A stretch of 64,000 bases of DNA, from the NCBI GenBank assembly GCA_963716175.1, contig OY970296.1:3168001-3232000 (forward strand), in the 5' to 3' direction. Below the pieces are notes generated by a model that was not told the DNA's origin, made no database searches, and worked only from the letters and a program-made list of their open reading frames with translations. Made by a program: the position numbers and the translations under genes. Of the stretch, positions 1 through 11,463 are shown one piece after another. How positions within the stretch are numbered: position 1 is the stretch's first letter; each line of letters opens with the position of its first letter. The DNA is from an uncultured Armatimonadetes bacterium (lineage in GTDB: Bacteria; Armatimonadota; Hebobacteria; Hebobacterales; Hebobacteraceae).

Positions 1-970
1 CCCCATGCCGAGGTGTGGGCGCTGGAGCAGGCCGGGAAGAACGCCAGGGGGGCCACTGTCTACGTCAACCTCGAACCCTGCTGTCATCACGGCCGCACCC
101 CCCCGTGCACCGAGACCTTGATCCGGGCCGGGGTGGCGCAGGTGGTGGCGGCCGTCTTGGATCCCGATCCGCGGGTGAACGGCCGAGGACTGAGGGAGCT
201 CAGACGGGCCGGCGTCGCAGTCAGCGTCGGCGTGCTGGAGCGCGAGGCGCGCCGGCTCAACGAGGGCTACTTCAAGCGCCTCGCCACCGGACTGCCGGTT
301 GTAGCTTTGAAGGCCGCCATGAGTCTCGATGGCAAGATCGCCACCGCCGCGGGCGAGTCGAAGTGGATCACCGGGGAGAAAGCGCGCGCCTTCGGCCATC
401 GCCTGCGCGCCCAGCACGACGCAGTGATGGTGGGTGTGCACACCGTGCTGGCCAATGACCCGGAGCTTACGGTCCGCCTCGCGGGGGCGCAGCCCGCTCC
501 GCGTGGTGGTTGACAGCCGGGGCCGTACCCCGGCCGCGGCTCGGCTGCTCAGGAGCGGTGATCGGCCGCCGGTGATCGCCGTCACCAGGCGAGCGGCCTT
601 GGCCCGCCGCCGGGCCCTGGAAGCAGTCGGCGCCGAGGTGTGGGTGGCGCCCGCGCGGGACCGGAGAGTGGACCTGGCATGGCTGGCGAAGCGCCTGGCA
701 CAGGGGGGCGTGAACAGCCTCTTGATCGAAGGGGGTGGCACGCTAGCCGCCAGCGCCCTAGCCGCGGGCCTGGTGGATCGTGTATACTTCTTCCTGGCGC
801 CCCTGATCGTCGGCGGAGCCAAGGCGCTGACGCCGGTGGAGGGGGAGGGCGCGCGGCGGCTGGGCCAGGCCTGGCGGATTCGGGGGATGCGCACCCGGCG
901 GGTAGGGGAGGATCTGCTGATCACCGGGGAAGTGACCGGCAGCGCGGGCAATGTTCACCGGCCTGATTGA
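1..970 (+). CDS. ribD: Bifunctional diaminohydroxyphosphoribosylaminopyrimidine deaminase/reductase; 5' end outside window; frameshift near 483-487
   Basis: HAE and [13 protein letters not shown] zinc motifs and SLDGKIA..KWIT in ORF 13-513; RVVVD and LLIEGG reductase motifs continue in ORF 434-970; frame switch at a G5 run. Confidence 0.93.
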
Positions 971-1583
971 GGAGATCGGCGTCATCGCGGAGGTCTCTCG
1001 CGGCCCAGCACTGCGACTGGCGGTGCGGGCGCGGCAGGTGCTGGAGGATCTCAAGGTGGGTGACAGCATCGCGGTCAGCGGGCCCTGCCTCACGGTGGAG
1101 CGCATCGCCGGTGACCGCTTCCATGCTTCCCTGCTGCCGGAGACGGCCGAGGCCACCACGCTCAGCGCGGCCCAGATCGGCCGGCGCGTTAACCTGGAGC
1201 GGCCGCTGCGGCTCGGCGACCGCCTGGGCGGCCATCTGGTCACTGGGCATGTGGACGGCGTCGCCGAGGTCACGTCGGCGCAGGATCGCGGGGAGACGCG
1301 ACTGGTCGAGCTGCTCTGCCCGGCCGGGCTGGAGCAGTATCTGGTGGACCGGGGCTCGGTGGCCCTGGATGGAGTGAGCCTGACCGTGCGCGCGCCCGCG
1401 GGGCGGCGCTTCTCGGTGGCCCTGGTCGGGGCCACGCTGGCCGCCACCACCCTGGGTGGGCTGCGGGCCGGGGAGCGCGTGAACATGGAGGCGGACTTAC
1501 TGGCCAAGCATGTGGCGCGGTTGGTGCGGGCAGGGGAGGAGGCCGACGAGAAGCTGGCGGCCTGGCTGACGGAGGCGGAGTAG
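951..1583 (+). CDS. ribE: Riboflavin synthase (alpha chain)
   Basis: [11 protein letters not shown]-terminus, [16 protein letters not shown]; position in rib operon. Confidence 0.96.
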   Translation: MFTGLIEEIGVIAEVSRGPALRLAVRARQVLEDLKVGDSIAVSGPCLTVERIAGDRFHASLLPETAEATTLSAAQIGRRVNLERPLRLGDRLGGHLVTGHVDGVAEVTSAQDRGETRLVELLCPAGLEQYLVDRGSVALDGVSLTVRAPAGRRFSVALVGATLAATTLGGLRAGERVNMEADLLAKHVARLVRAGEEADEKLAAWLTEAE

Positions 1584-1585
1584 CA

Positions 1586-2842
1586 GTGAGCGAAGAGCAA
1601 GCGCATGTCATCATCTCTGTGGAGCAGGCGATCGAGGAGTTCAAGGCCGGTCGCTGCCTGATCCTGGTGGATGACGAGGACCGGGAGAACGAGGGCGACC
1701 TGACCGTAGCCGCGCAGTTCGCCTCGCCCGAGATGATCAACTTCATGGCCCGCGAGGGCCGGGGGTTGATCTGCGTCGCCATGACGCGGGAGCGCCTGCA
1801 CGAGCTGGCCCTCTATCCCATGGTGGCCGAGGAAAACGCGCTGCATGGCACCGCGTTCATGGTGTCGGTTGACGCCAAGCACGGCACCACCACCGGGATC
1901 TCGGCCTATGACCGGGCACGAACGGTGCGGGCGCTGATCGCACCCGAGACCCGGCCGGAGGACCTGGCCCGCCCGGGGCACTTGTTCCCATTGCAGGCCA
2001 AGGAAGGTGGCGTGCTGGCGCGCGCTGGCCAAACCGAGGCCTCCGTGGATCTGGCTCGCCTGGCCGGCCTCTATCCGGCGGCGGTGATCTGCGAGGTGAT
2101 GGCCGAGGACGGCACCATGGCGCGGCTGCCCAGGCTGATGGAGTTCGCCCGCGCCCACCAGGTTCACATCGTCACGGTCGAATCCATCATGAACTACCGT
2201 AGGCAGCGGGAGCGGCTGGTGCGGAGAGCGGCCACCTCGACTGTTCCTACCCGCTACGGCACCTTCACGGTGCACGCCTACGAGAGCTTGGTTGATAACA
2301 AGCCCTATCTCGCGCTGGTCTATGGCGACCTCGGGCCCGGCCCCACCCTGGTGCGGGTACATTCGAGCTGCCTGACCGGCGACGTCTTTCACTCCCATCG
2401 CTGCGACTGCGGCGATCAGCTCGAGCGCGCGCTCCAGATGATCGTGGAGGAGGGCTCGGGGGTGCTGCTGTACATCCAGCAAGAGGGACGCGGCATCGGC
2501 CTGATAAACAAGATAAGGGCTTACGAGCTGCAGGAGCATGGGCACGATACCGTAGAGGCCAATCGCTTGCTCGGATTCGCCCCGGATATTCGCGACTACG
2601 GCATCGGCGCGCAGATTCTGCACGACCTGGGTCTGCGTGAGATTCGCCTCATGACCAACAACCCGGGCAAGGTGGTGGGCCTGGAGGGGATGGGCATGAG
2701 GGTGGTGGAGCGGGTGCCGCTGGAGGTGCCCCCGACCGATGTGAACCGCGGCTACCTGAGGACCAAGCGCGACAAGCTGGGACATCTTCTCTCCGGGGCG
2801 CCGGACGAGGAGCCCAACCAGGGAAAGGACGAAGGGCCATGA
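1586..2842 (+). CDS. ribBA: Bifunctional DHBP synthase / GTP cyclohydrolase II
   Basis: [55 protein letters not shown]. Confidence 0.97.
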   Translation: MSEEQAHVIISVEQAIEEFKAGRCLILVDDEDRENEGDLTVAAQFASPEMINFMAREGRGLICVAMTRERLHELALYPMVAEENALHGTAFMVSVDAKHGTTTGISAYDRARTVRALIAPETRPEDLARPGHLFPLQAKEGGVLARAGQTEASVDLARLAGLYPAAVICEVMAEDGTMARLPRLMEFARAHQVHIVTVESIMNYRRQRERLVRRAATSTVPTRYGTFTVHAYESLVDNKPYLALVYGDLGPGPTLVRVHSSCLTGDVFHSHRCDCGDQLERALQMIVEEGSGVLLYIQQEGRGIGLINKIRAYELQEHGHDTVEANRLLGFAPDIRDYGIGAQILHDLGLREIRLMTNNPGKVVGLEGMGMRVVERVPLEVPPTDVNRGYLRTKRDKLGHLLSGAPDEEPNQGKDEGP

Positions 2843-3336
2843 CCAACACTTACGAGGGCAATCTGCTCGCCAAAGGGCTGCGCTTCGCCATCGTCGCCAG
2901 CCGCTTCAACGACCTGATCACCCGCCGCCTGCTCTCCGGCGCGCTGGATGCGCTCTCTCGCCATGGCGCCGATGAGCAGCAGATTGATGTGGCCTGGGTG
3001 CCAGGCGCGTTCGAACTGCCCCTGGTAGCCCAGCGGCTGGCCCAGTCGGAGAGCTATGATGCCGTGATCTGCCTCGCCGCCATCATCCGCGGCGCCACTC
3101 CTCACTTCGAGTACGTGGCCGCCGAGGCCGCCAAGGGCGTCGCCAAGGTGGGGCTGGACACTGGCGTCCCGACCATCTACGGGATCGTCACTGCCGACAG
3201 CATCGAGCAAGCGGTGGAAAGGGCGGGCACGAAGGCCGGAAACCGGGGTGCGGATGCGGCTCGTTCCGCCATCGAGATGGCCAATCTGATGCGATCTCTG
3301 CCAGCCAAGGGATCGGCGCGAGGCAAGGCGCGGTAG
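2839..3336 (+). CDS. ribH: 6,7-dimethyl-8-ribityllumazine synthase
   Basis: [26 protein letters not shown]; ATGA overlap with ribBA. Confidence 0.97.
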   Translation: MTNTYEGNLLAKGLRFAIVASRFNDLITRRLLSGALDALSRHGADEQQIDVAWVPGAFELPLVAQRLAQSESYDAVICLAAIIRGATPHFEYVAAEAAKGVAKVGLDTGVPTIYGIVTADSIEQAVERAGTKAGNRGADAARSAIEMANLMRSLPAKGSARGKAR

Positions 3337-3783
3337 GTGCGAGCGGTCGTCCAGCGGGTCAGCTCGGCGCGAGTGGCAGTGGACGAGCAGCCCGTTGCCG
3401 CTATCGGCAAAGGGCTGCTCGTGCTGTTGGGTGTGGCCGCCGGCGACGGCGAGCGGGAGGCGGAATGGCTCGCCGACAAGATCGCCAGCCTGCGCATCTT
3501 CGAGGACCAGGCGGGAAAGATGAACCTGTCCGTGCAGGAGGTTGGCGGCGCGCTCCTCGTGGTGAGCCAGTTCACCCTCCTCGCCGACTGCCGCAAGGGC
3601 CGCCGGCCCAGCTTCACCGCAGCCGCCCCACCGGCCGAGGCCGACCGCCTCTACCAGGTGTTCGTCGCCAGACTCAGATTGGCCGGCCTTGCCGCTGAGA
3701 CCGGCGTCTTCCAGGCCCACATGGCGGTGCATCTGGTCAATGATGGGCCGGTGACGGTGATTCTGGACACGAAGTGTGGTTAG
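3337..3783 (+). CDS. dtd: D-aminoacyl-tRNA deacylase
   Basis: MRAVVQRV, VSQFTL, GRRPSF, NDGPVT. Confidence 0.96.
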   Translation: MRAVVQRVSSARVAVDEQPVAAIGKGLLVLLGVAAGDGEREAEWLADKIASLRIFEDQAGKMNLSVQEVGGALLVVSQFTLLADCRKGRRPSFTAAAPPAEADRLYQVFVARLRLAGLAAETGVFQAHMAVHLVNDGPVTVILDTKCG

Positions 3784-3988
3784 GGCGAGCATCCCCGCGT
3801 CCGTGGGAGCCCTCAGTTTGGGGCGATGTCCGTTGGGCAGGAGCTTGCTCCTGCCAATCGCAAACCGCGGCGTTGTTGCAGGCGCTCCTCTGCTGTGGTA
3901 AGATGGCCGAGCCGAGCGCAGCGCCTGCCGGTTGAGCGCCTGAGTGGTTGAGGCGCTCTCGCCCTTCCCTGGCAGCGAAGAGGAGCGT

Positions 3989-4309
3989 ATGGGAGTTGAC
4001 GAGTCCCTGGTCCAGGAGATAACCCGGCGCATTCTCACGGTCGCCAGACCAGACAAGATCATCCTCTTCGGTTCGGCCGCCGCGGGCAGGACGACCCGGG
4101 ACAGCGACATTGATCTTCTCGTGGTGGAGCCGGACGCAGGAGATCGGCGCGAGGAATACGTCCGCATCCGGCGGGCGCTCAGCGGCATAGGCTATCCCTT
4201 CGACGTAATCCTGATCTCCACCGAATGGTTCGAAGAGAGCAAGCATGTCATCGGCGGCATCGCTTACCCGGCGAACAAGTACGGAAGGGTGATATATGAG
4301 GCCGCCTGA
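3989..4309 (+). CDS. Minimal nucleotidyltransferase (MNT/MntA-type antitoxin)
   Basis: IILFGSAAAG..DSDIDLLVV motif; ~106 aa; AGGAG RBS before ATG 3989. Confidence 0.88.
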   Translation: MGVDESLVQEITRRILTVARPDKIILFGSAAAGRTTRDSDIDLLVVEPDAGDRREEYVRIRRALSGIGYPFDVILISTEWFEESKHVIGGIAYPANKYGRVIYEAA

Positions 4310-4349
4310 GGAGGTCAAGCGCGAGATCGTGGCAGGCTGGCTGCGCTAG
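4296..4349 (+). pseudogene. Truncated HEPN toxin N-terminal remnant (17 aa)
   Basis: MRPPEEVKREIVAGWLR* overlaps the MNT 3' end as in MNT-HEPN pairs; no HEPN continuation seen. Confidence 0.55.
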
Positions 4350-4422
4350 CCGGGCAATGCGGTCAGCGATAGCGCGAAGGGCAGCGGACTGCGTTCTGCC
4401 GCGTAAGGTTGAAAGGAATCCC

Positions 4423-4833
4423 ATGACGGCTTACAGCACCAAGGTGATGGAGCACTTCCGCAATCCGCGCAATGTGGGCGTGGTCGAGAACGCGGATGGC
4501 GTGGGCAAAGTCGGCAATCCGGTGTGCGGTGATATCATGGAGCTCACCATCAAGGTGGACGGCGGTATCATCACTGACGCCAAGTTTCGCACCTTCGGCT
4601 GCGGCGCCGCCATCGCCACCAGCAGCATGGTCACCGAGATCGTGAAGGGCAAGACCATCGAGGAAGCGCTGAAGGTGAGCAATGCCACGGTGGCTGAAGC
4701 GCTGGGCGGCCTGCCCAGCATCAAGATGCACTGCTCGGTCCTGGCCGAGCAGGCGCTCAAGCTCGCGATCCAGGATTACTACGAGAAGAAAGGCGAGAAC
4801 CGGGAAATCCCGGCCCCGAAGGACAACGGCTGA
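4423..4833 (+). CDS. iscU: Fe-S cluster scaffold protein IscU/NifU
   Basis: YSTKVMEHFRNPRNVG, GNPVCGD, FGCGAAIA, KMHCSVLA. Confidence 0.95.
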   Translation: MTAYSTKVMEHFRNPRNVGVVENADGVGKVGNPVCGDIMELTIKVDGGIITDAKFRTFGCGAAIATSSMVTEIVKGKTIEEALKVSNATVAEALGGLPSIKMHCSVLAEQALKLAIQDYYEKKGENREIPAPKDNG

Positions 4834-4912
4834 GGCCACGAGGCCGGGAAGCGAGTCGCCGGAGGCGGCCAAAGCTCGCCCGCGTCGCGCGGGCTCCTCC
4901 CCAGGGACTCCT

Positions 4913-6529
4913 TCAGCTCTGCGCCGGGTCCGGGCCCGGGTCGGCGCCGGCTCCGCCGTTCTCCATCACCTGCAGCAAGCCGTACTCTACTCCATCAACG
5001 AGCGCTTGCCAGCTCGCCTCGATGATGTTGGTGTGGACCCCCACTGTGGTCCAGGTGCGGGCCCCGGCGCGGGACTCCACCATCACCCGCACCGCGGCCG
5101 CGGTGGCCTGCTCGGGCGCATCCACCACTCGCACCTTGAAGTCGGTGAGCCGGATGCCCTTCAGCTCCGGGTAGAACCGCTCCAGGGCCTTCCGCAGGGC
5201 ATTGTCCAGGGCGTGCACCGGGCCGTCTCCCTCTGCCGCGGTGTGCTCCCACTCGCCATCCACATGCACCTTGATAGTGGCCTCGGTGCGAAGCTCCCCG
5301 GCGCGGTCCTTTTCCACGATCACCCGGAAGCCCTCCAGGTCGAACCGCGGCTTGTAGAGGCCCACGCTCTTGCGCATCATCAGCTCGAAAGAGGCTTCCG
5401 CGCCCTCGAACTGGTAGCCCGCGTGCTCCATCTCCTTCAGTCGCGCCATGATCGCCTGCGCCTGCGGCGAATCCTTCTCCAGCCCCAGCGCCAGCGCTTG
5501 CGCCTTGAAGATGATGGCGCTCCTGCCGGCCTGGTCCGAGATCAGGTGGCGCCTCTCGTTGCCCACCAGCTCGGGCCTGACGTGCTCGTAGGTGCGCGAG
5601 TGTTTCAGCATGGCATCCACGTGCATGCCGCTCTTGTGGGCGAACGCGCTCCGGCCTACGTATGCATCGCGCTCCGGCGGCGGCATGTTGGCCACCGAAG
5701 CGACATAGTGCGCCACCTCATAGAGCTGCGCGAGCTGCTCCTCCGACAGGCAGTGCCGGTTCATCTTCAACTGCAGATTGGGGATCACCGCGCATAGGTT
5801 GGTCATGCCGCAGCGCTCGGCGTAGCCGTTGATCGTCCCCTGCACCTGCGCGCATCCGGCCTCGACCGCGACCAGGGTGTTTGCCACCGCCAGCCCGCAG
5901 TCGTCGTGAGCGTGTATCCCCAACGGAAGGCGCACGGACTCGCGAACCGCTTTCACCGCGCGCCTGACCTCGTGTGGCAGCATGCCCCCATTGGTATCGC
6001 AGAGACAGATCCAGTCCGCACCGGCCTGCTGCGCCGCGCGCAGGCAGGCCAGCGCGTACTCCGGATTGTGCTTGAATCCGTCGAAGAAATGCTCGGCGTC
6101 AAACCCGACCTCGAGGCCGTGTCCCTTCACGTAGCCGACCGACTCCTGGATGATCTTGAAGTTTTCCTCCAGGGTCACGCGGAGGGCATCGGTCACATGC
6201 AGATCCCAGGTCTTGGCCACCAGGGTGGCCACAGGCGCGCCCAGGCCGACCAGGTTCCGCAGTCCCGGATCATCTTCGGCTCTCACCCCCGCCCGCCGGG
6301 TCATGCCAAAGGCCGCCAGCCGGGCCTGCTGCAGCGGCTGCTCTCGCAGCCGCTCGAAGAACTCCACATCGGTGCGGTTGCCCGGCGCCGAGAAACCGCC
6401 CTCCAGGTAGTGCACGCCCAGGTCGTCCAGCTTGCGCGCGATCTTGACCTTGTCGTCCACCGAGAAGGAGATGCCCTCTGCCTGCGCACCGTCGCGAAGT
6501 GTGGTGTCATATAGCAGAAGGTCGCTCAC
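4913..6529 (-). CDS. cimA: Citramalate synthase (LeuA-like family)
   Basis: YDTTLRDGAQAEG, DAEHFFDG, HAHDDCG, AFAHKSGMH, GYQFEGAEASFEL, C-terminal GDGPVHALD regulatory domain. Confidence 0.92.
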   Translation of the reverse strand: MSDLLLYDTTLRDGAQAEGISFSVDDKVKIARKLDDLGVHYLEGGFSAPGNRTDVEFFERLREQPLQQARLAAFGMTRRAGVRAEDDPGLRNLVGLGAPVATLVAKTWDLHVTDALRVTLEENFKIIQESVGYVKGHGLEVGFDAEHFFDGFKHNPEYALACLRAAQQAGADWICLCDTNGGMLPHEVRRAVKAVRESVRLPLGIHAHDDCGLAVANTLVAVEAGCAQVQGTINGYAERCGMTNLCAVIPNLQLKMNRHCLSEEQLAQLYEVAHYVASVANMPPPERDAYVGRSAFAHKSGMHVDAMLKHSRTYEHVRPELVGNERRHLISDQAGRSAIIFKAQALALGLEKDSPQAQAIMARLKEMEHAGYQFEGAEASFELMMRKSVGLYKPRFDLEGFRVIVEKDRAGELRTEATIKVHVDGEWEHTAAEGDGPVHALDNALRKALERFYPELKGIRLTDFKVRVVDAPEQATAAAVRVMVESRAGARTWTTVGVHTNIIEASWQALVDGVEYGLLQVMENGGAGADPGPDPAQS

Positions 6530-6690
6530 CGCTCTTCTCCTCGTGTTCCCGCGCCTGGCAGACTGGTCTCCGATCGCGGCAGGGCATGATAGCCGATTCT
6601 ACTCTCGCCCTGTGGAGTGTGTCAAACCGGCCCCGTAGGGGCGCAATTCATCGCGCTCACAAAGGCTGTCGGGCGTGATCAACCACCCCC

Positions 6691-8688
6691 CTACGCCGCC
6701 CCGCGCCCTCCCGACATCAACAGCACCATAGAAGAGAGCAAAGTAGCCGCGGCCTGCCCCAGAAACAGGCCGAAGAAGGAGGGGCGGAGCTGCTGGTACA
6801 AGCGCAGGCCTCCGAAGCGGTAGATCACGTTCACCAGCACCCAGCCCACCAGGGCATTGGCCCAGATCAAGGCATTTATCCCCCAGCCCCCCTGCAGCAG
6901 GAAGCCCACCGGGCTCAGCCGCCACCAGGAGACGTGCATCTGCAGTAGCGCCAGGCCGCAGGCGATGCCGACGCCTGACAGCATGGCGAGGATGCCCACC
7001 CCATCCGGCCGCTGAGGATTCTGGAGCATGCTCGCCATGTCCCCGAACTCCCACCGCGGCACGCCATCATAGGTCCACGAGTCCAGCCCACCGATGCCGC
7101 GGTGATAGCCCGCCCAGATTCTCCCCACCGGCCCCAGCGCTACCATCAACACCACTGCCGCGGCCAGGGAGAGCACCACGGTGGTCCCCCGCAGCCGGCT
7201 GGCGTGGAAGATCCTCATGTCGTTGGCCGCGTAGTGCATGAACGAGACCTTGAACTCGGTCATGAATACGGCGTCCATCGGGTTCAGCAGGGCGAAGGTC
7301 CCAGGGCGCGCGCCCAGTGTCCCGAACCCGCCGTCCAAGAGGTAGCGAACCTGAGGTCCGCACTCCACGTGATTGGTGCCTGCGGCGGCGATCACCCGGG
7401 TGAGCGAGAGCGCGGTCATGTAGAACATGAACATCAGGACCAGCAGACGAGAGACCTGCGCCCCGGCGGCGTGCGCGACCCAGCACAGGCCAAGGGTGCT
7501 GACCGCCAGCCCGATCAGCGCATAGCGCGGTCTGAGCAGGTCCAGCGGGTCAGGATCCCGCCACCTGGGGTCCCACCAGGATCGCACCGCCGCCAGCAGG
7601 GCGCGGCGGGATTGGTAGAGCACGAAGACCCCAAACCCGACCAGCGCACCGCCAGTCTGGAACCCATAGAAACCCGAGCTCCAGCCGACCGCCCCGCCCA
7701 GGAAGCCGAGAGCGGCGAGCGTCACCAACTGTGCGTAGTAGAAGGCATGGAAGAACCAGAGACTCAGTGACACCTCCACCGGCAGCAGGCACATGATCCC
7801 GATGCTGCCCCAGCTCAGGTTGAACTCGATCCGGTTGAGCACGCCCCAGGGCACCACGTTCTCGTTGAACACCCGTCCGATCGCCCACTCCATCGGGAAA
7901 TGGGGAATCGCCGGCAGATAGCGGTTCAGCAGCCCGGTCATCCCATAGAGGAAGGCCAGGCCAAACCCGATCAGGAACATGGACTGGCGCAGCAGCGGGG
8001 TGCCCGGAGTGCCGTGATAACCGACCGTCTCCAGGGGGATCTGCGCCAGAGGGAAGGCCAGCCGCTGGCCTTCGATCCAGTCCCTGCGCACCAAAGACAT
8101 CAGGGAGAAGGAACCGCTGTACACACACAGGCTGATCGCGCCCCAGGCCAGCAGGGGCTGGCGCCAGGCCGCCCAGGGAATGGCCTGGCCCTCGGGGATG
8201 CCCTCCCAGAGCCAACGGATCGCCTCGGGATTGCCTACCTGAAGCCAGACTGGGACATGCGGCTGAATCAGTGTCGTCCAGCGGTTCTCCGGGCTGGCGA
8301 AGTACTGACTCGCGGTCACCATGACGGTGACGAAGGTGGCATAGCCGACGGTGGACATGGCCGCGGTCGCAGCCACCATGGCATAGACAGTCAGGATCTC
8401 AGACCTGCTCAGGCCGCGACCGCGGCGCCGCCAGAGCAGGAGTCCGTTGACCGGGCCCAGCAAGAGGAAAAGCGCCAGCAGGGAGGCCGCGGTGATCGGC
8501 CCCAGGCCCAGGTCAGGGCCGTCTTTCACATCGCTGAGATAGGGCAGCAGAAAGGCGAGCCCGGCGATCAGGCTCAGCCCCAGCAGGAAGGCCCGGAGGG
8601 TCACCCCGCGGGGGCGATCCGGCTCGGAGCTCGCCGCCCCCGCGCCCATGGCAGGTCCGGCAGTCGCTTCCCCGTGCACCGCCATCAC
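6691..8688 (-). CDS. Large polytopic membrane protein (DUF6785/DUF6784-like, putative transporter)
   Basis: 665 aa, many TM segments, GVTLRAFLLG and WIEGQRLAFPLAQIP motifs. Confidence 0.65.
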   Translation of the reverse strand: MMAVHGEATAGPAMGAGAASSEPDRPRGVTLRAFLLGLSLIAGLAFLLPYLSDVKDGPDLGLGPITAASLLALFLLLGPVNGLLLWRRRGRGLSRSEILTVYAMVAATAAMSTVGYATFVTVMVTASQYFASPENRWTTLIQPHVPVWLQVGNPEAIRWLWEGIPEGQAIPWAAWRQPLLAWGAISLCVYSGSFSLMSLVRRDWIEGQRLAFPLAQIPLETVGYHGTPGTPLLRQSMFLIGFGLAFLYGMTGLLNRYLPAIPHFPMEWAIGRVFNENVVPWGVLNRIEFNLSWGSIGIMCLLPVEVSLSLWFFHAFYYAQLVTLAALGFLGGAVGWSSGFYGFQTGGALVGFGVFVLYQSRRALLAAVRSWWDPRWRDPDPLDLLRPRYALIGLAVSTLGLCWVAHAAGAQVSRLLVLMFMFYMTALSLTRVIAAAGTNHVECGPQVRYLLDGGFGTLGARPGTFALLNPMDAVFMTEFKVSFMHYAANDMRIFHASRLRGTTVVLSLAAAVVLMVALGPVGRIWAGYHRGIGGLDSWTYDGVPRWEFGDMASMLQNPQRPDGVGILAMLSGVGIACGLALLQMHVSWWRLSPVGFLLQGGWGINALIWANALVGWVLVNVIYRFGGLRLYQQLRPSFFGLFLGQAAATLLSSMVLLMSGGRGAA

Positions 8689-8729
8689 GCCAGGTAGTTC
8701 GACTGCGTGCCGGGGTCGCCCTGCCGGGT

Positions 8730-10067
8730 CTATTGCGTTGGCTGGCCCAGGTCGGCAGCCACCACCCGCGCGATCAGCAGGGTCATATCATCGCGGTGCC
8801 GGCCGCCCCTGCCGTAGTCGTTCACCGCCTCGAAGATCCGGACTGTCATCTCCTGGGCGGAGGCGGCGGCCCGATGGCTCAGCACCTGGGTCACAAACGC
8901 CTCTCGTCCCAGCAGCCGGCCTCGCCGATCCATCACCTCGGTCATACCGTCAGTGAACATTACCAGCGTGTCGCCGGGATGCAGAGGGATGCTCTCCTCC
9001 TGGTAGACCACCTCCGGCAGCACGCCCAGCACCAGGCCTGCTCGCGCCAGCGCCACCGGGGCCTCAGCCCCGGCTGGGATCAGCACCGGGGGCTCGTGGC
9101 CCGCGTTGGCATAGGTGAGCGTGCCGGTATCTAGATCAACTACCAGATAGGACATGCTGATGAAGATCTCCAGCTCCACGTTGTCCGCCGCCGCCGCCGC
9201 CACCTCGCGGTTGATCTCGGTGAGCACGCGGGCCGGCGACTGCTCCCGGCGCGCGGTCAGCCGGAGCGTAGTCTTGAAGGTGGAGAGATAGCCGATCTGT
9301 TGGCTGAACTGCCCCGAGAGGTCGGCGATGCACAGCCCCCAGCGTCGTCCGCCCAGCGGGATGAGATCGTAGTAGTCACCGGAGAACGCGAACGCCGCGG
9401 GGCGGTACTGAAACCCGATTTCCAGGCCAGGGGCCGCGGGCAAGCGCTTGGGCCTGACCAGCTCGTCCACATACTGCGCCACCCGGATGCGCTCCCGGAA
9501 CTGGTGCAGCACGGCCCTGCTGCTGGCCAGCGCCTGGCGCTCCCGTCCGTGGGCCTCCGCGGCGATGCTCACTACCCCTGCGGTGACGATCAGGAAGACG
9601 ATCTGGAGCATCACCGTGGTCCCCAGCCCACCTCCCCCGGGAAATCGCGCCGTCGCCACCGCCCACACATAGAGCGCCGACGCGAACAGCGCGGTGAGGA
9701 ACGCGCCGCTCACCCCAAACCAGAAGGCCGAGATGATGACCACCGCGAAGTAGAGCGGGAAGAAGCCGACCGCCCCGGGCCCCGAGAAGTAGATCCACAG
9801 CGAGATCAGGATCACGTCCACCGCCACGATGACGGAGCGGGGGAACGGCAGCTGCCGCGTGTGCACCACGAAGAGAGCAAGATTGTAGACTGTGGCCGCG
9901 ATGATCGCCGCGTGCAGCAGCAGGCCGCTGGTACCGCGGGCTTCCATGAACTGGGGTGAGAACAGCACGACCAGCAGGAAGATGGTGCGAAATACCGCGA
10001 TCACGATCTCCGTGTCGCGGCGCCGATGTTCGATCTCCTCGGGTCGCGGAACGCCGGGTCTGGCCAT
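8730..10067 (-). CDS. Membrane-bound PP2C/SpoIIE-type phosphatase
   Basis: N-terminal TM helices; SGDYYD, IADLSG, NAGHEPP, FTDGMTE, DDMT motifs. Confidence 0.9.
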   Translation of the reverse strand: MARPGVPRPEEIEHRRRDTEIVIAVFRTIFLLVVLFSPQFMEARGTSGLLLHAAIIAATVYNLALFVVHTRQLPFPRSVIVAVDVILISLWIYFSGPGAVGFFPLYFAVVIISAFWFGVSGAFLTALFASALYVWAVATARFPGGGGLGTTVMLQIVFLIVTAGVVSIAAEAHGRERQALASSRAVLHQFRERIRVAQYVDELVRPKRLPAAPGLEIGFQYRPAAFAFSGDYYDLIPLGGRRWGLCIADLSGQFSQQIGYLSTFKTTLRLTARREQSPARVLTEINREVAAAAADNVELEIFISMSYLVVDLDTGTLTYANAGHEPPVLIPAGAEAPVALARAGLVLGVLPEVVYQEESIPLHPGDTLVMFTDGMTEVMDRRGRLLGREAFVTQVLSHRAAASAQEMTVRIFEAVNDYGRGGRHRDDMTLLIARVVAADLGQPTQ

Positions 10068-10290
10068 AGACTATCCCTGGATGCCCTCGGCACTTCGGCA
10101 GCCCGCTGCCGAATCCTGCTCAGCCCACAAAGGGCCAGTTCGCAAGGCGGGTAACGCGGGCCGGAGGCATAGGAGATTTGCCCCAAGCTATGGTAAAAGT
10201 TAGGTGAGGCGCGCGGAAGAGGCGAGGCTGCGCGTCTAATCTCCAGCACCGAACGCCCCGGCTCCATAGCACAAAGGGGAAGCTCAAAGC

Positions 10291-11457
10291 ATGCCAGGTC
10301 GCCACGCTCGTCGCATTCGTCTCACGGCCCTTGGCTTTCTGCTCTTCGGCCTTGTCGTCACAGGCGTCTCCGTCGCGGCTCGCCGTGCCAGCTCCACTGA
10401 CCCGGCGGCGCTCCGCAAGCAGCTCAACTCCATCTACCGGAAGCAGGAGCGCACCCTCAAGAACCTGCGCACCGTGAAGGCGCGCCAGCAGCGGGTGAAG
10501 CGCGAGCTGCGCCAGGCCGAGGCCGCCCTGGACGAGACTGATAGCCGTCTGGGCGAGGTGCGCCAGGATGTCCACGTTGCCCGCCGCAACCTGGCCCAGG
10601 CGCAGCGCGAATACCGCGCCGCCGAGGCCCGGCTGGACGGCCACCGGGAGGACGTTTCCGACCGCTTGGTTGCCATCTACGAGCTGGGTGAGGTGCGCCC
10701 CCTCGAGGTGCTGCTTCAGGCCACCAGCTTCACCGATTTCGCCAACCGGCTCTATCTGCTGAACCTGCTGGTGGAGCGCGACGCCGAGCTGCTCGATGCC
10801 TTCGAGCAGGCGCAGACGACCGCCGACCAGCATCGCGCCAATGTGGCGACCGAGGAGCGAAGGCTCAACGAGCTGCAGGGGCAGGTGGAAGCCAAGAAGC
10901 ATCGCGTGTCCGACTGGCGCGATGCCACGGCCGACAAGCAGGCCAGCCTCCAGGCCGCGCGGGCCGAGTACGAGCGCCAGCTCGCCGAGTTGGAGGAGAA
11001 TTCCCGCGAAGTCACCGCCATGTTGGAGCGGCTGGAGCAGACCAGGGCGGGCCGGGCCCGTTTTGCTCAGCCCTGGAAAGGCGCCTTGATCCGACCGGTT
11101 CAGGGCCGGATCACCTCCGGTTTCGGATATCGCACCCATCCCATCTTCCGGGTGCGGAGGATGCACACCGGGGTTGACATCGCCGCTGCCTCCGGCACGC
11201 CCATTCACGCCGCGGCCGGCGGCACGGTGGTGTTCGCAGGGCGGTGGGGCGGCTACGGCAACTGCGTAATCATAGATCACGGCGGCGGCCTGGCCACTCT
11301 CTATGGGCACTGCTCGAGCCTGGCTGTGGGAGAGGGCAACTCGGTCAAGCAGGGACAGACCATCGCCTATGTGGGCAGCACGGGCCTCGCCACCGGCCCC
11401 CATCTGCACTTCGAGACCCGCCGCAACGGCCGGCCGGTGGACCCGTCGGGCTTCTGA
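10291..11457 (+). CDS. M23 peptidase with coiled coil (EnvC-like)
   Basis: Signal/TM segment, long coiled coil, HTGVDI, YGNCVIIDHG, TGPHLHFE. Confidence 0.92.
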   Translation: MPGRHARRIRLTALGFLLFGLVVTGVSVAARRASSTDPAALRKQLNSIYRKQERTLKNLRTVKARQQRVKRELRQAEAALDETDSRLGEVRQDVHVARRNLAQAQREYRAAEARLDGHREDVSDRLVAIYELGEVRPLEVLLQATSFTDFANRLYLLNLLVERDAELLDAFEQAQTTADQHRANVATEERRLNELQGQVEAKKHRVSDWRDATADKQASLQAARAEYERQLAELEENSREVTAMLERLEQTRAGRARFAQPWKGALIRPVQGRITSGFGYRTHPIFRVRRMHTGVDIAAASGTPIHAAAGGTVVFAGRWGGYGNCVIIDHGGGLATLYGHCSSLAVGEGNSVKQGQTIAYVGSTGLATGPHLHFETRRNGRPVDPSGF

Positions 11458-11463
11458 GCCCCC

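Noticed and set aside
758-2785. Long antisense ORFs (e.g. 758-2785, 4682-5797, 10120-11409, 57563-59053)
   Set aside because: Shadow frames of well-supported genes in high-GC DNA
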